57,329 nucleotides of DNA, taken from positions 592,274 to 649,602 of the forward strand of contig NMRA01000138.1 of NCBI GenBank assembly GCA_002633005.1, written 5' to 3'. Below, piece after piece: positions 13,837-26,191 of this stretch. The notes under the pieces are model-generated. The model saw only the letters and a program-made list of their open reading frames with translations. It did not search any database and was not told the DNA's origin. Numbering within the stretch: position 1 is the first letter of the stretch; the number at the start of each line of letters is the position of its first letter. This DNA comes from Phoronis australis. Lineage: Eukaryota > Animalia > Phoronida. The position numbers and the translations under genes were made by a program.

Positions 13837-14059
13837 GAGGGAATTTTCCTCTTTTAAGAGGATTTCTTCTTCTTTGGTTTTGATTTCTTCCTCATTTTGC
13901 ACCTCTTTTTATCATTATTTTGACTTTATTCATGCAAAACATTTATTTCAGTTAAATTTTACAACAAAAAATATTTCTATCACTCAAGCCTATTTATTTG
14001 TGAAACGATATATCACGTGGAAATTTTTCCTCTTTTGTCATTGATTATTCCAAGCCCTG
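13837..14059. mobile_element. non-autonomous hAT-like MITE related to 43314-43658
   Basis: Right end ...ttttgtcattgattattccaagccctg matches the right end at 43658; the left TIR is damaged (gagggaattttcc); flanked by AACAAT on both sides. Confidence 0.6.
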
Positions 14060-14254
14060 AACAATGAATGTCGTATCGTTTTTAACGTATTATGCACTAG
14101 AGAGGCACTCCTGCTGAGTTCTGCAAGGTAGAAAACGTGTAGAATTTTGACTTTTTACCAGTCTGTTATTAATTGGGTCATGTGACCGTTTCTTTTTGGG
14201 TAAAATTTAGCAACATTTTGGATAACAGTACATGAAGTATTTGAAGGTTTTTAT

Positions 14255-14387
14255 AAATAGGTAAATAAAACAACAAGAATGGATCAACTGAAATTTTCGG
14301 ATATAATCACCTCCTTCGTCAACAGAAACAGAAATAAAGTAAAATCAAACACTATATGACAATTGACATTTAAGATGTGGCGTATAT
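14255..14387 (-). repeat. third copy of the 7514-7800 repeat family
   Basis: aaataaaacaacaagaatggatcaactgaaattttcggat...ccttcgtcaacagaaacagaaataaagtaaaatcaaacactatatgacaattgacat...ggcgtat aligns with both arms at 7514-7800. Confidence 0.8.
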
Positions 14388-15524
14388 AAATCCAATATGG
14401 CCGTTTGTGCTATATGATGTTGCAAAGCTGGCCAAATTGGACATTTTTCTAGGGTCATCTTACAAAGCCATAGGTCAGAGAGTCGGTCTTGCGCTCCACA
14501 CAACTTTGTGAAATGATTAAAACTGACTTTAGCAAGAGCACAAAGTGTGTGAGAATGTACGCATTGCTGCTACTTACTACGATGATATGGATAATTTATG
14601 GCTAGGCTGTGATATGCTAAAGCTTTATTTAGTAATTGGGAAGAGGTAGTACAAGATCAAATTTCTGACTTGAATCACTTTTCGTGAAACTGCCATGATG
14701 TCTCTTGGGTCTCATGTACTTTTAATGATGGTCATTGTTAGTTGCCCATTTGGTTTGATACAATTAAAATGATTATGGTTATGTAGGACCCTACAAATGT
14801 TCTAAATATGGCTAACTTTGGAACAGCATATCTCTGAATTTCTGAAATTGTTGGCTGGATACGTATGCAACTTTAAGAGACTATGCTTTGTGCACACTGT
14901 TCTCCATAACGCTTAAAGTGATTGTTTTTAAAATGTTCCACTTTTTCATGAGTGGCAATCAGAAATAGGGCTCTTGCCATTCTTGTGAAACACGTTGTAT
15001 GAAATGAAATGAAATGATAGTTTAGAAAACATCTGCGTTTCTGAGGTTTTACCTTGAATATTTGTTTCAAAGTTTTATGTACCTTTATTTATCAAAAATT
15101 TTATTAAAAACATGGTCATGTTGCCCTATTAATGGCAGGTTTGTACAAAGTCATGAGTTAAAGTTGCAAAGCTTTCTACTTTCAGAAAATATATAGTTTT
15201 ATGACGCACATTCATGTAACTACATGACACATATGCAGGAACACCCAGTCTTTCTCGGTGATAACAAGAGGGTTGGTTCTTCATTAACACTACCCACTGA
15301 AGAGCTAGTTGCCCATTGGATTCAAGTAGAGCTCATCTCTTAAGTATTTAATGGGGATGGCAAAGTGACATTACTTTCTGTTATGCGTTCTGTGTTTATT
15401 GAATTTATTTTGAGTGACTTAGATTCTTGATTTCCTTGAAATTGTCTGTGCGTTTAACTTCTGCAGTGCTTAAAACAACTGTTATGTACGTTTATGCATT
15501 GTGGATGTCTTTCTTCCTTTTCAG

Positions 15525-15654
15525 AATGGTTGATGTAGGGGGCCAGAGATCTGAACGTAGGAAATGGATACATTGTTTTGAAAATGTCACGTCCATCATG
15601 TTTTTAGTTGCCTTAAGTGAATACGATCAAGTTCTTGTGGAGTCCGACAATGAG
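15525..15654 (+). CDS. GNAQ: G-alpha-q exon 5 (switch II)
   Basis: ttcAG|A...GAG|GTaagt; [43 protein letters not shown]; 130 nt. Confidence 0.98.
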
Positions 15655-16247
15655 GTAAGTATGTGAGGCAGAAGTCTCGTGCTTGTTCAAGTGTATGAAA
15701 GACATTTTCCTGGTAATAAATTTTGTATGTTCCTTTGTAATTAAGTGCATAGACCTGGCTTCTCCTGGCCAGATATTGAGAACAGTGAAGTAGCATTAAT
15801 TTCGTGCAACTTGTGTGACTGCACAGTTTACATCCAAAGAGCACATTACAGAGCCGACTTGTCAGTGTAGCATTATACACTACTGATAAACAAATGTGCA
15901 AAATAAAGTATCATGATTTACTTCCCTTGTCTGACTTCATGGTAGTGGTGCTGAAAACGCTATTGTACTAGACTTATCATGAATATACTTTGTAGAGATT
16001 CAAACATGTCAGTGATAATTCAGCTCCAATCGTGCCCCAGGAAATATGGCCATGCCAACAGCTCTAAACCTATAGTTTTCATTGTAACCTAGGCTTTTAA
16101 CTGCTTTTATTGTTGACGCATTTCAGATTTGTGCATTCCTTTGGTTAGTCAAGTGATTGTTTTGTTATTGCGCTGAAACAGTCAAACACTGTTATCTCTA
16201 TTTTGAATGAATAAGTTGCTATTCAATCACTGTTCGACAGACTGATT

Positions 16248-17319
16248 TTATTATGCGCCCACATATTTATATGTGGACGCATTATGCCGTCATCTCTGTC
16301 CGTCCGTCCGTCCGGGCGGCGTCCGCTGCTCTATCTCCAAAACCCTTTGACATACGTTCATGAAATTTGGCACATATGTTCCATTCATGAATGGGACGGC
16401 ATGTGCGAACTTTCGGACGGATCCGACTACCGGTGTGCCCCCTAGTGGCAATTTTAGTTTTTTACGCTTACCTTTGTATCTTCAAAAGTCCTGAACGGAT
16501 TTTCATGAAATTTGGTATGTAGGCACCTATTAGTGAGATGACGCTATCCTGCCGTTTTCGGATGGATTCGACATAGTTTGCGCCACCTAGTGGCCATTTT
16601 TACTGTTTTCGAGTCTGTTTTTGTGCTTCCACCCCTCTATCAACCAAACCGCTCAAAGGATGATTGTGAAAATTGGCGTGTATGTGCTTACTATAAGGAA
16701 GACAGCTGACAATGATTTTCAGACGATTTGGACTACTGTGGCGCCTCCTAGTGGCAGTTTTGTTTTTTTGCGCCCATGGCTGTATCTCCTAAACCGTTTG
16801 CAGGATCTTTACTAAATTTAGCAAGTGTATTTATGTGATGTTGACAACGGACGATGACGACTTTAGGATGATTCTGACTACCGGTATGCCTCTAGTGGCA
16901 ATTTTAGTATTTGCCTCTAGTGGCAATTTTGGTATTTTACATTGACCTCTGTATTTTCATAGGTCTTCAGGTGTATACTTTGTGTTACTTCGTGACTATG
17001 AAGGAAAAGTTCCAAGTAGAAATTTGTTTCTGGCATTCTAATGCTGTGCTAATCTCGTATGTTGGTAAATTTGTTTTTAATTCTTTCTGTGGTGCTTTAA
17101 GCAACTGGTGTATAGGATGTGCTTGTATTATGAAGATTACTCACATTTTGCCCCTAGCCTATTGAGGAGACAATGACCATGCCTTTCCATTTTGCAAAGT
17201 ACAACATACTACATATATGCCCTCTACTGGCCACTTTATGGTACCAATAAACAACCCTAGAAGGATACCGTATGCGGTGCAATTGTGGGCGCATTTCAAC
17301 GCTCTGCGTTGCTCTTGTT
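16248..17319 (+). mobile_element. non-autonomous Helentron/Helitron2-type element (HINE/DINE-1-like)
   Basis: T-run start; subTIR ATGCGCCCACA (16253) with local hairpin; (GTCC)n microsatellite; internal degenerate tandem repeats; 3' subTIR TGTGGGCGCAT (17284-17294); terminal hairpin CAACGC-TCT-GCGTTG; ends CTTGTT. Confidence 0.85.
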
Positions 17320-17368
17320 GACGTTTTCTTCAAGTTGTTGAATGATTGTACATCACAAAATTAACTAG

Positions 17369-17656
<288 letters not shown>

Positions 17657-18430
17657 TAAAGTAGAATTTGATGTTACGTCTAATTTGAGGACGAAAAAAA
17701 ATCACTTATGGAACTGAAATAGTGAATCCCATAAATAATTAATTCAGCATCTCAACCCTGCCGACCAATCACTTCTGTGGCTGCCATTTTGCTAGAACAG
17801 GCTCGTCAGCTACCAAGCATACTTGCAAATAAAATGGCTTTTCACTCATGTGATATTGCGAGGTCTTGTTTTCCTTGCAATAAGCTAGGTCTGTAGAACA
17901 CTCCTGTTCTCGGTTACCTCTGATAAGTACACTGGAAGCTATGGTTCCAATATCAGAGCGGCCACAACATTCTTAGCGTAAATTATAGAAATCTGTTGAA
18001 AACAATGTGTGAAGGAAAACCAATACTAAGTTGGCTAATACTTTAAGAAAATCAAAGAACTTCTAGTGTATGTGTCTAGTCTTGTTAGAGTATGTAAGTG
18101 ATTCATTGATTGTACTCTGGGTATGGCTGGTTGTGGCTGGGTATGGCTGGTTGTGGAGGTAATGTCACTGTCATCTAGTAATCTAGAAAATGCTATTTCC
18201 CTGAAATGATTTGAGTAAAAAACACAGAAAGTGTAATCTTGGAAGGAAGGGTGAAAGGTTTGCTTATACTCTGGCCTGTGCAAACTAGTTTTGCAGTTTG
18301 CAGACTCCCAGGGGTTTCTTTCAAGCATAATTTTCTTTGTAAAGTTGTGAACCAACCTACCTTAAGGTTGAGTGAAACGCTGCGTAGTTATATATTCTGA
18401 GATATATATCTGTTCTCGTTTTGTTTGTAG

Positions 18431-18538
18431 GTCCACAGAAAGAGGCTCAAGCGGCTAGGGAATTCATTCTCAAAATGTTTGTGGACTTGAACCCAGATCC
18501 TGACAAGATAATCTATTCTCACTTCACGTGTGCAACAG
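18431..18538 (+). CDS. GNAQ: G-alpha-q exon 7
   Basis: gtAG|GT...G|GTacaa; (G)[35 protein letters not shown]; 108 nt. Confidence 0.96.
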
Positions 18539-19442
18539 GTACAATACGTTCGCATGCACTGTAATGTAATATATACTTTTGCGTGCTCTGTATATGTTTG
18601 CGTGCGCTGAATATGAACTTGCATTGTATATGCTTATGCGCACCAATTATGAACGTGTACTGAATACATCTATGTGCACTGTATACATTGACATGCTCTA
18701 TTTGTGACTTCGTAATGATGATATATGGTGAAATTTTCATTAAAAAATTGTGGTCATATTGTTGATAAAATTAATGAAAGTTTAAGCTTGATTATTCTTC
18801 CTACTAATGGCCTAGATGTGAAAAAAATGAAATGTGCTAATTGAAAAAATGGTCTCAGAATTTCATGCCACGGTAGTTGTTGATTTCTGTCTTCTGAGTG
18901 AGCTGTGGGATTTCCTGTGGTTAATGTAAAGCAGCCTTATTTGGAGAAGTATGGTCAAACCTGTCAAAACTGGTGACTTTTTACTTGTGAATGGTCGTCT
19001 CCTTGGGATGGAAGTCAGTTTTTATCATGGTATGGAGAGGTACGAGAAGTAACATTGTGTGGTTGAGTTACCTCACTGTTTAATAATTTGCTTTTAAGCT
19101 GATTAGTGAGGCGGAAATGCTCCCAATACTGTCACTTGTGGCTTTTTCTAAAGTTTTTTTTATTCAACACATGTTTGTTCAGTTTAGGTTGGTCAGGTGC
19201 CTGCTGTAAATAGCAGGACATTTTATGCAACACAACACACTCGTTGCAATAGTTGTGGTTGTTTTTTGGAAATAGTTTGCTTACTGTTTACTAACGTAAT
19301 TCAACATTCCTGCCTCACTTCAGTGGTTACCTTTTTGCTATTCTATGCTAGTTAGGTGTTGAGTGTGCTTGTGAGACACTTGACTTGTGTGTTCACGCCA
19401 TACTCGCAACAAGCTCCACCCAGATGATGGTTATTTGCATAG

Positions 19443-19541
<99 letters not shown>

Positions 19542-21542
19542 GCTGGTGTTTGTTTAACAACTGACCACATTAACACCTGTGTTAAGTTGAATTTGAACAG
19601 TCGAGCTTCGTCTCTCCGACGATAGCTCAGGAGCCTTAAAACAATGAACACATGATCAGGCAGGAGCCTTTGCAACCATGGACAGGCAGTAGTGTTGTTG
19701 GCGGGGGTCGTGTCCGAGGACGGCACGTCCCAACTGTTCCGCGTTGACCCAAGAGCGACAAATAGGAAGCCTATCTGTGATAACTTTGGCCGTCATTTTT
19801 TGTCAATGGGACGTTTCATTTGCTGACTTTTGCCTCCTACGTTGTGACAAGCGGAGAGTTTGGAGCAAGACGGGCTTGGCTGCTGCTGCTCTTGATTTGT
19901 GGAGAATGAACGATGACGACGCCGGGAGAGTTGAAGCGCGTGTTAGTCTGTGTACATGGTGGTGTTCTTGTTATTGTGTTAGTACCAACTTTTGGGAACT
20001 ATGAAATGTACAATAAATGCATGTAATATAAGTTGAATCAGCCCTGTGAATGTCTACCTGGAGTCTGCTCTTGTATGCAGTCTCTCAATTAGTTGTTTTT
20101 TAATTGATAAGATGTACATTCACTATTGTATGGTATTGTATATTTAAGTTTCCTATGCTCTCTTGTCGGCACTCTGCCGTGGCCTGAGGCTGATATAGTC
20201 TTGTTGAAAATTTGCCGTGTAGTTAGCCCTTCCCTTTGTGAGTGGCACAGTTTTGTAGGACATGATGTAGTCAGTTAGTTGTCACAAAGAAATGTATTGG
20301 TGTGTTAATGTGCAATGCCGTCTGAATTGTTTAGACTAGTCTGCCTGTTGAGGGCACAAGAGCAGTCATTCTGAACACCTAGTATCTTGGTGTCACTGTC
20401 CTTTTTAAAAAGGAGGCCTGCCATTTTAGGGAACTGTGAATATGTTGCTTATTTTATTTATGTTTTACCTGACTGTGGATTCAGCTGTGTGTTTGCAAGT
20501 TGCCTTCCATTGGGCGGTAGCTGGCGTTGTATTGTCCATGCTGTTTAAATAACCTTAGGAACAGGTGACCTGCAAAATACAGAAAGGAAATTTGTGTCTT
20601 ATTTTGTACTTGGCGCAGTTTCACATTGTATTTTGTACGTTCTCACTTGGGCAGTAGCAGCATGTATTGTGCTGACAGAGGACAGCTGCTTGTGTTTACA
20701 TGGGGCTGAATTGCTGAGAAATGCTACTAAATGCCATTGAGCTTCTTTTTCTATTTAGTATTGTTACAAATGTCCGTATTTAATTATATTGTCGGTTTTC
20801 TACAGCGTCATGTAGCTTTTTGGATTGAGTACATTGGTCATGTGTGACGAAGTATTGTGAATTTTGTAAAATTGGGCCGACGTTTTTATGGAATAGTCTA
20901 CTGAAGTGCGAATAAGATTGCTTCATCGTTTTCGCCCATTTTAACTTCCAAGTGCTATTGAGGCCCCAATTATGTCATAAATAATTGTACATGTTGTTCA
21001 AACGAGAAACAGTCTGAATTCCATCAAGATCTGCTATTGCAATGTTGTTGGCAGTGTTGTAGCTCACTGGTGACTGGTCTGGCAGAGGTTTGCATACAAA
21101 TGGTACTGGTACGTTTCACAAAGTGATTTCTTCAACTGCAAAGTAGCAGAAACTAGCTGAAATAGTGCGCTTCCTTTCGTCCAGTTATGGTCCAAACACT
21201 ATTAAAAGTTAATCATATGTTGTTAAGGCTCTTGTGCTATTCACGGAGTTGCAGTATATTCTGTCAGGAATTAGGTTTTTGTGCCATTAAACACTCTATA
21301 CTCCAGTTGCTCATTAGTTTTAGAAATCTCTGTATTTTGCTTTTCTGGTATACATCTTAAATTCGCTGAGTTTTGCAGTTGGAGATGATTGAGTGGGGGG
21401 GGGGGCATGGATTTGATTTTTGCTCATCTGGATCTTGGTGGAATTCAGATTGCTCGCTGTAGTATATCATTGATGTAATATGTACTATTTTATTTAGCAT
21501 TATGAGCTTTGTAATTGGAGGGTTTGTGTTTCGAAACAAAAG

Positions 21543-21548
21543 AATAAA
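21543..21548 (+). terminator. candidate distal polyadenylation signal of GNAQ
   Basis: AATAAA followed by a T/GT-rich stretch (tgttgtttagtagttttg) about 2 kb after the stop codon; a proximal AATAAA is at 20012-20017. Confidence 0.5.
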
Positions 21549-24260
21549 ATATTTATTCAAACCATTTTACTGTTGTTTAGTAGTTTTGATTGGGTAACTT
21601 GCAACAGCATAGTGTCGTGGAACAAAAGAGACCTCTCTAAAACTTAAAACTGTAACTTTCAGGTAAAAGTTAACTTAGTAGGTATGCTGTGTATTTCAGC
21701 AGTTATTTCTGCCAATTGTGTTCAGGTTGCAGTTAAGCCCACTTTAGCTATTTAAATGTGCCCCCAAATCCCCAAAAGAAGGTGGGGGGACATCGGTCAA
21801 TGCAGCCTTGAACTTTTCTTAATACAAAGCTAAATTAAAAGTCGACAAAACAGGCAAAAAGAGCATTTTCATTTTATCATCAGCTACAGCTGTAGAAAAA
21901 TTCGAACTAGAGGGCCTCCGGATATTTCAAGGTCGTCTGTAAGTAAGCGGCCAATGCGCTTGTCAAAGTAGGAGAGGATATGGCATCCACGAACATCTCG
22001 CAATTTAGATAGACTGAAGTCAAGAAAGTTCAGTTCATACATTGCTACACAGGGCTTTAATTTAACAACTCAAATGTTATCAAGTGCTGAATCCAAACGG
22101 GATATTACATTCATATCCCGGACTCGGTGTGCGTAAGGATGGATGGGTGTTGGTGTCTGTGGATGGAAAAGCTTGCCTGATGTTTGAGCCATATTTGTGG
22201 AACAGTACAATAAAGCTTCATTTTCGTTGCTCCTAAATTTCAGATCAAGATCCGTGCAACTCATAACCTGGCCTTGGTAGCATATTATTATTAGCCGGCA
22301 TTTAGTTCATCCGGCCAGGGTTGGTTTTAGTCTGCTAAGATGAACATCTTCAAGGGCTCCCAACAACTTTTCTATTGTCAACCGATCCAGTCACATGACC
22401 GTGTAAATATATATACATTCACGGCAAGTCTTTAGTCTAGATCAGAACCGGTCGTGACAGACCGTTTGAATATACCTGGATGTAATGTTTTTTTATCAAC
22501 ACCATTTTTTCGTTCCTTCGCTTATTTCCTGTTGTGGAGTTTCCATGGCCACATTTGTGTGGTCAATTAGATCACGTCAGGCTCAGGGCAACCCGGGGTC
22601 GAGCTACTCGCAACTGGGTGCATGGTGCATACCGAATGTGCCGATTACAGTCCTCAGCAAATGCTCCTCCATTACTCAGTGAATAGTCTCAAAAAACTCT
22701 GCAGAAGAGTTTCATCCGGGGGATTCATTACGGATACAGTAGAGCAATATGCCTATAGTGGTTTTGACTAGATGGAAATTGTGCAAGAGTTGTACGCCCC
22801 GGCGCTCGCCGGTTGCTTGGAAATGTTTACGGAATGGAATTCCACAATTTTTCCGCAAATTGTTGCGCCAGCAAGTAGCTTCAAAAAAACTGACAATTTG
22901 AATGTCGTTGTTCAAGATATCCTCAGCTTAGAAAAGTTGACACGTCGTAGTTTCGGTCTCAATTGTCATTTATTTGACCAGCCCAGAAATCACTCACTAT
23001 TTTGCCTGATATGCGGCCTTTCTGTGACGATTCAACTCAGTACCCCGTTTCTTAAAGCGGTTGCCTATGACAGTCAGCCTGAATTAATTAGACCGGCCGC
23101 TTATCACTGATGAAATTGACAATATTGTTCACATCGTATGACTATACCGTGACGGGTGATTCTGAAAATTAAGTCGTTAGACAGCGGGTTGAGATTTGAT
23201 GGGACGGGATCGTATGACAGCTCACCCAGAGGTCGAGTCGGCTTGAGGGGTAAGTAAATCGAAAAAAGTGACCATTTCGAGAGCATTTTGTTGAGAGGTC
23301 GCCCTTTCGTGGGGGGAACGTCGCAAGTTATTCCTCTGTGCGGCAAGTGGCGGCAGGACCCCCACCCCGGACGCCAGAGTCAGTGGTGACGGCAAGTTTA
23401 TGACTGCCAAACACTCTGTCACAGTGCTACTTTTCAGTATAGGTAGCGCTGTATCATCGGGTGGGAGCTAAGCGATACAACAAAGGAACATCTAAGGCGC
23501 GCAGGAAAGCCATGTTACTAGGATTGCAGCTGATACCGAAATGAAATAAATAAAATAGTTTTTATGCATAAACTGCGTAATAATTCTCAAAAAGTGAAAA
23601 AGTATACTTTTTATATAAAATAATTGTGTAAATTATGAATTTAACATTTTGTTTACAAAATACAATGTTAGTATTTTATAAGTAGCTTACCCAGTAATGA
23701 TCATTTTAAAGTGACAAAGCTTCCTTAGCAAGGCTCAGTCAGAAGCGATGCTAAGATTTTAAAGCTTTTGAGAAGTGGACTTTGGGATTTCAGTAAGTGA
23801 AGATATACGTGTGGTACTTTTAAAACCCAGGTCTTACTTCACATAATCTGTTTACTGCCTCAACAGCCAGTTGTTTTGTTCTCCGGGCCCTTGCCTTTGG
23901 CCTTGTTCTTGTCTTGAGTTCAGAACTCCGACACTGTCAGTGTCTGTACAGACACTTTAAAAGTGGGTCCCTATGCCTGACCTTTCTCGGTTAATATAGC
24001 TAATGTCTTGAGTACCAATGCTTTCTAGACAAGATGTCATACTTGACGTTATCCATGCAACAAAACCAGCGTTGCAAAATTATGAAGAAATTTTCCGTAT
24101 TCGATTCGCCTCTTTTTTATCAAACGTCAACTGGCCCCAGTAGAGACGGTAGCCATCCCATAGGCCCTCTATATGCCTGAAGCTTTTCAGTGAATTATGC
24201 ATCCCACTGATTAAACAATCAAAGTCATGTTACCATAAGTAGACCTTTGGCGCATGGGGA

Positions 24261-24796
24261 TGTAGATGTGCTTCCGGTGAATTATATGAGCCACTGTTTA
24301 GCTACTCGCTAACGGGCAATTGCCTATTAGCTGAATGGTTAGCACGCTTGCCGGTTTTATGGGGGTCGCGGGTTCGATCCCTGGGTCGGGTGATCTCGGC
24401 TATTACTACAAATGGCGTAGTCGGCAAACGGATGATCTACCGATGAAGCACTGCCAACTAGTACCCACGGACCTCGGGACAGCGCGCGTGGAAGGTTCCA
24501 GGAGTCAAGGACCTGTATGAGAGACGACCTTGTGTTCACCTGTGTTGTGGTGGTAAAGGTACCAAGGGACGTTGATGACCTGTATGCGAGACATCCTAGT
24601 GTTCACCTTCCTGTCGCGTGCCCGTTCCGTAGGAAAGGGGGGAATGTTGTAGATGTGCTTCCGGTGAATTATATGAGCCACTGTTAGCTACTCGCTAACG
24701 GGCAATTGCCTATTAGCTGAATGGTTAGCACGCTTGCCGGTTTTATGGGGGTCGCGGATTCGATCCCCGGGTCGGGTAATCTCGGCTATTACTACA
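24261..24796 (+). mobile_element. TRIM (miniature non-autonomous LTR retrotransposon) with tRNA-like LTRs, Helenus-like
   Basis: LTRs 24261-24410 and 24645-24796 (TG...CA; 3 substitutions and 1 indel over the shared part); PBS TGGCGTAGTCGGCA at 24413-24426; PPT AGGAAAGGGGGGAA at 24631-24644; A box TAGCTGAATGG in both LTRs, B box GGTTCGATCCC intact in the 5' LTR. Confidence 0.9.
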
Positions 24797-25483
24797 CCTT
24801 TGGCTTTGAGGAGGGAGGCTGTTAATGTCTTTTAACTACCAACTCTTACAAGCACTCCAGCAATTTTCATTAGTATTCCTGGGTGACTGAATATTTGTGT
24901 GGGTTTAAAAAAATGCAAATAGCCCTCCCCCATTGAGGCTAGTGTTAACTCAGACGACCATCTGATCTGATGTCGTAATTGTCATATGGTTCCTTATTTT
25001 TTCCCTTCCAACCCCAAACACAAGTACAACGGACCCACTTAATTCAACCATTTTTGGGGACCGCATTCTGCTACCAGTACTGGTCAGATGCAAAGCACCT
25101 CGCTTTACTAAGTGAAGGTGCAAGAGATGCACACAACAGGTATCCGCATGTACTTAATTGAGCATTCTGCTGTTTGTAACCAGTAGTAAAACTAATCTAG
25201 CTCTCTCTTAATAGAAAGGATACAACTTTTTGGTTTGAAATCAGCATGTTTTTTTTAATTTAAGGAAAAATCATACAAAGCCATACCTCACACTCGTCAC
25301 TTTTGTAATTTTTGGATTCTTTTGGTATAATGATATACATGGAAAAGTTGCGTTGTTGCGGACAAATTTATCTGACACATTTACTTTTGAGGTTTTCTTA
25401 AATTCCACAATTTCCAGAAGTCATTTTGAAATTGTGTTCTGACGTTTAAAAATTCCTATGTAAAAATATTGATTAGTTGGCGA

Positions 25484-25577
25484 AGTCATTATCCCCCGTA
25501 ATCTAGAGCCCGAGTGGATTTAGGAGAATTCTAATTCTACAAAATCCAAAAGGGCTCTATATAAGGGGATAATGACT
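25484..25577. repeat. 94-bp imperfect palindrome
   Basis: Nested arms AGTCATTATCCCC/GGGGATAATGACT, TAGAGCCC/GGGCTCTA, TGGATTT/AAATCCA, AGAATT/AATTCT. Confidence 0.8.
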
Positions 25578-25865
25578 GAGAACATGTAATAATCTATTTA
25601 TAGCACATCCTGAATGAGAAACATTGCAACGAATCGATCTACCTTTTCTCAACTCACCTCGTCTTTGTAACTATATATGTCAGAAGCCCGGGGTCGGAAG
25701 TTGTGACCTTTTGAGAATTATTGTTTTTACTCAAGACCAATTAAAAATTTAAACAAAATAGAAATAAATTTAATCTATAAAATAACTTTTAAGCAATTAG
25801 GGTATCTTACTACACATCTTATCCTGCTAAATTTCCACGGTGAAAAAAGACGTCTGCTAAAGTAG

Positions 25866-25880
25866 GTTACCACTGGTAAC
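25866..25880. promoter_or_regulatory. RFX X-box upstream of TMEM232
   Basis: GTTACC-ACT-GGTAAC fits GTNRCC(N0-3)RGYAAC; 90 nt upstream of a candidate donor (CAG|GTATAT at 25969/25970). Confidence 0.55.
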
Positions 25881-26122
25881 TAGTTTAACGTCAAGTCAAA
25901 GGATTCCGACAACACGTTGCCCACATTCAAACTGGAGATCGATGATTTACAAGTGAGAGAAAATGACAGGTATATTTTACTAGACTAAAGATGTCGTTTT
26001 TTTGAAATTGCGCATCTTATTTTTCATAGCGTATAAATGCCAGTACAATGCTGTTAGTTGAACATGTGATTATTGCGTGTCCTCATTTAAGTATTTTGTT
26101 TTCTCATTCAATGATGTCAGCT

Positions 26123-26191
26123 GCTGAGTGGCGTAGTGGTTAAGTTGATGGCCTGAAGCTCTTGGGGAGCGGGTTCAAAACCAGCCTCAGT
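26123..26191 (+). pseudogene. tRNA-like remnant (SINE head or tRNA pseudogene)
   Basis: A box TGGCGTAGTGG (26129), B box GGTTCAAAACC (26172), CTGAG/CTCAG acceptor-stem-like pairing; anticodon arm not intact. Confidence 0.55.

Noticed and set aside
24322-24392. Functional tRNA gene
   Set aside because: Stems do not close into a cloverleaf and the sequence is part of an LTR.
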